Positions 63,895 through 64,000 of a stretch of 64,000 bases of DNA are shown here, piece by piece. Position 1 is the first letter of the stretch. Each line of letters opens with the position of its first letter. The notes beneath the pieces were generated by a model. That model searched no databases. It had not been told where the DNA came from and saw nothing but the letters and a program-made list of their open reading frames with translations. The DNA lies in contig JAUGWO010000014.1 of the NCBI GenBank assembly GCA_049724395.1, forward strand, positions 1 to 64,000. Direction: 5' to 3'. A program made the position numbers and the translations under genes. The DNA comes from Spongospora subterranea f. sp. subterranea (Eukaryota).

Positions 63895-64000
63895 ACTGTA
63901 CTGCCATTGACTGAGCATGACTGAGGTTGATAAACAGTATCACAGACGCCCTATCACAGTCAATACCACGGAGTCCGTAGGGTTTTACGAGGAATACTTA

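Overview
Eukaryotic, gene-dense protist DNA with short GT-AG introns; a plasmodiophorid/rhizarian-type host is plausible but cannot be proven from this window. Housekeeping genes include MDP1, PTH2, Sec15, CHMP1/Did2, DNAJC2, sorbitol dehydrogenase, a Rab11-like GTPase and AP2 mu. There are also surface proteins (Reeler, mucin/extensin-like, TSP1), four tRNA genes and many transposons. Highlights: (1) each of the four tRNA genes has the LTR of a small Ty1/copia lineage about 11-18 bp upstream. Two are near-intact 4.13-kb copies and two are old diverged relatives, which suggests Ty3-like, Pol III start-site-targeted integration by a copia element that appears to be primed by a half tRNA-Lys(CUU). 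(2) The two intact copies carry reciprocally swapped LTR variants, implying inversion of the 16.6 kb between them or an assembly misjoin. (3) A RIG-I/MDA5-type helicase has a RIG-I-CTD-like Zn domain at its N-terminus and a dsRBD at its C-terminus, making it a candidate permuted antiviral RNA sensor. All family assignments come from motif recognition by eye; no searches were run.
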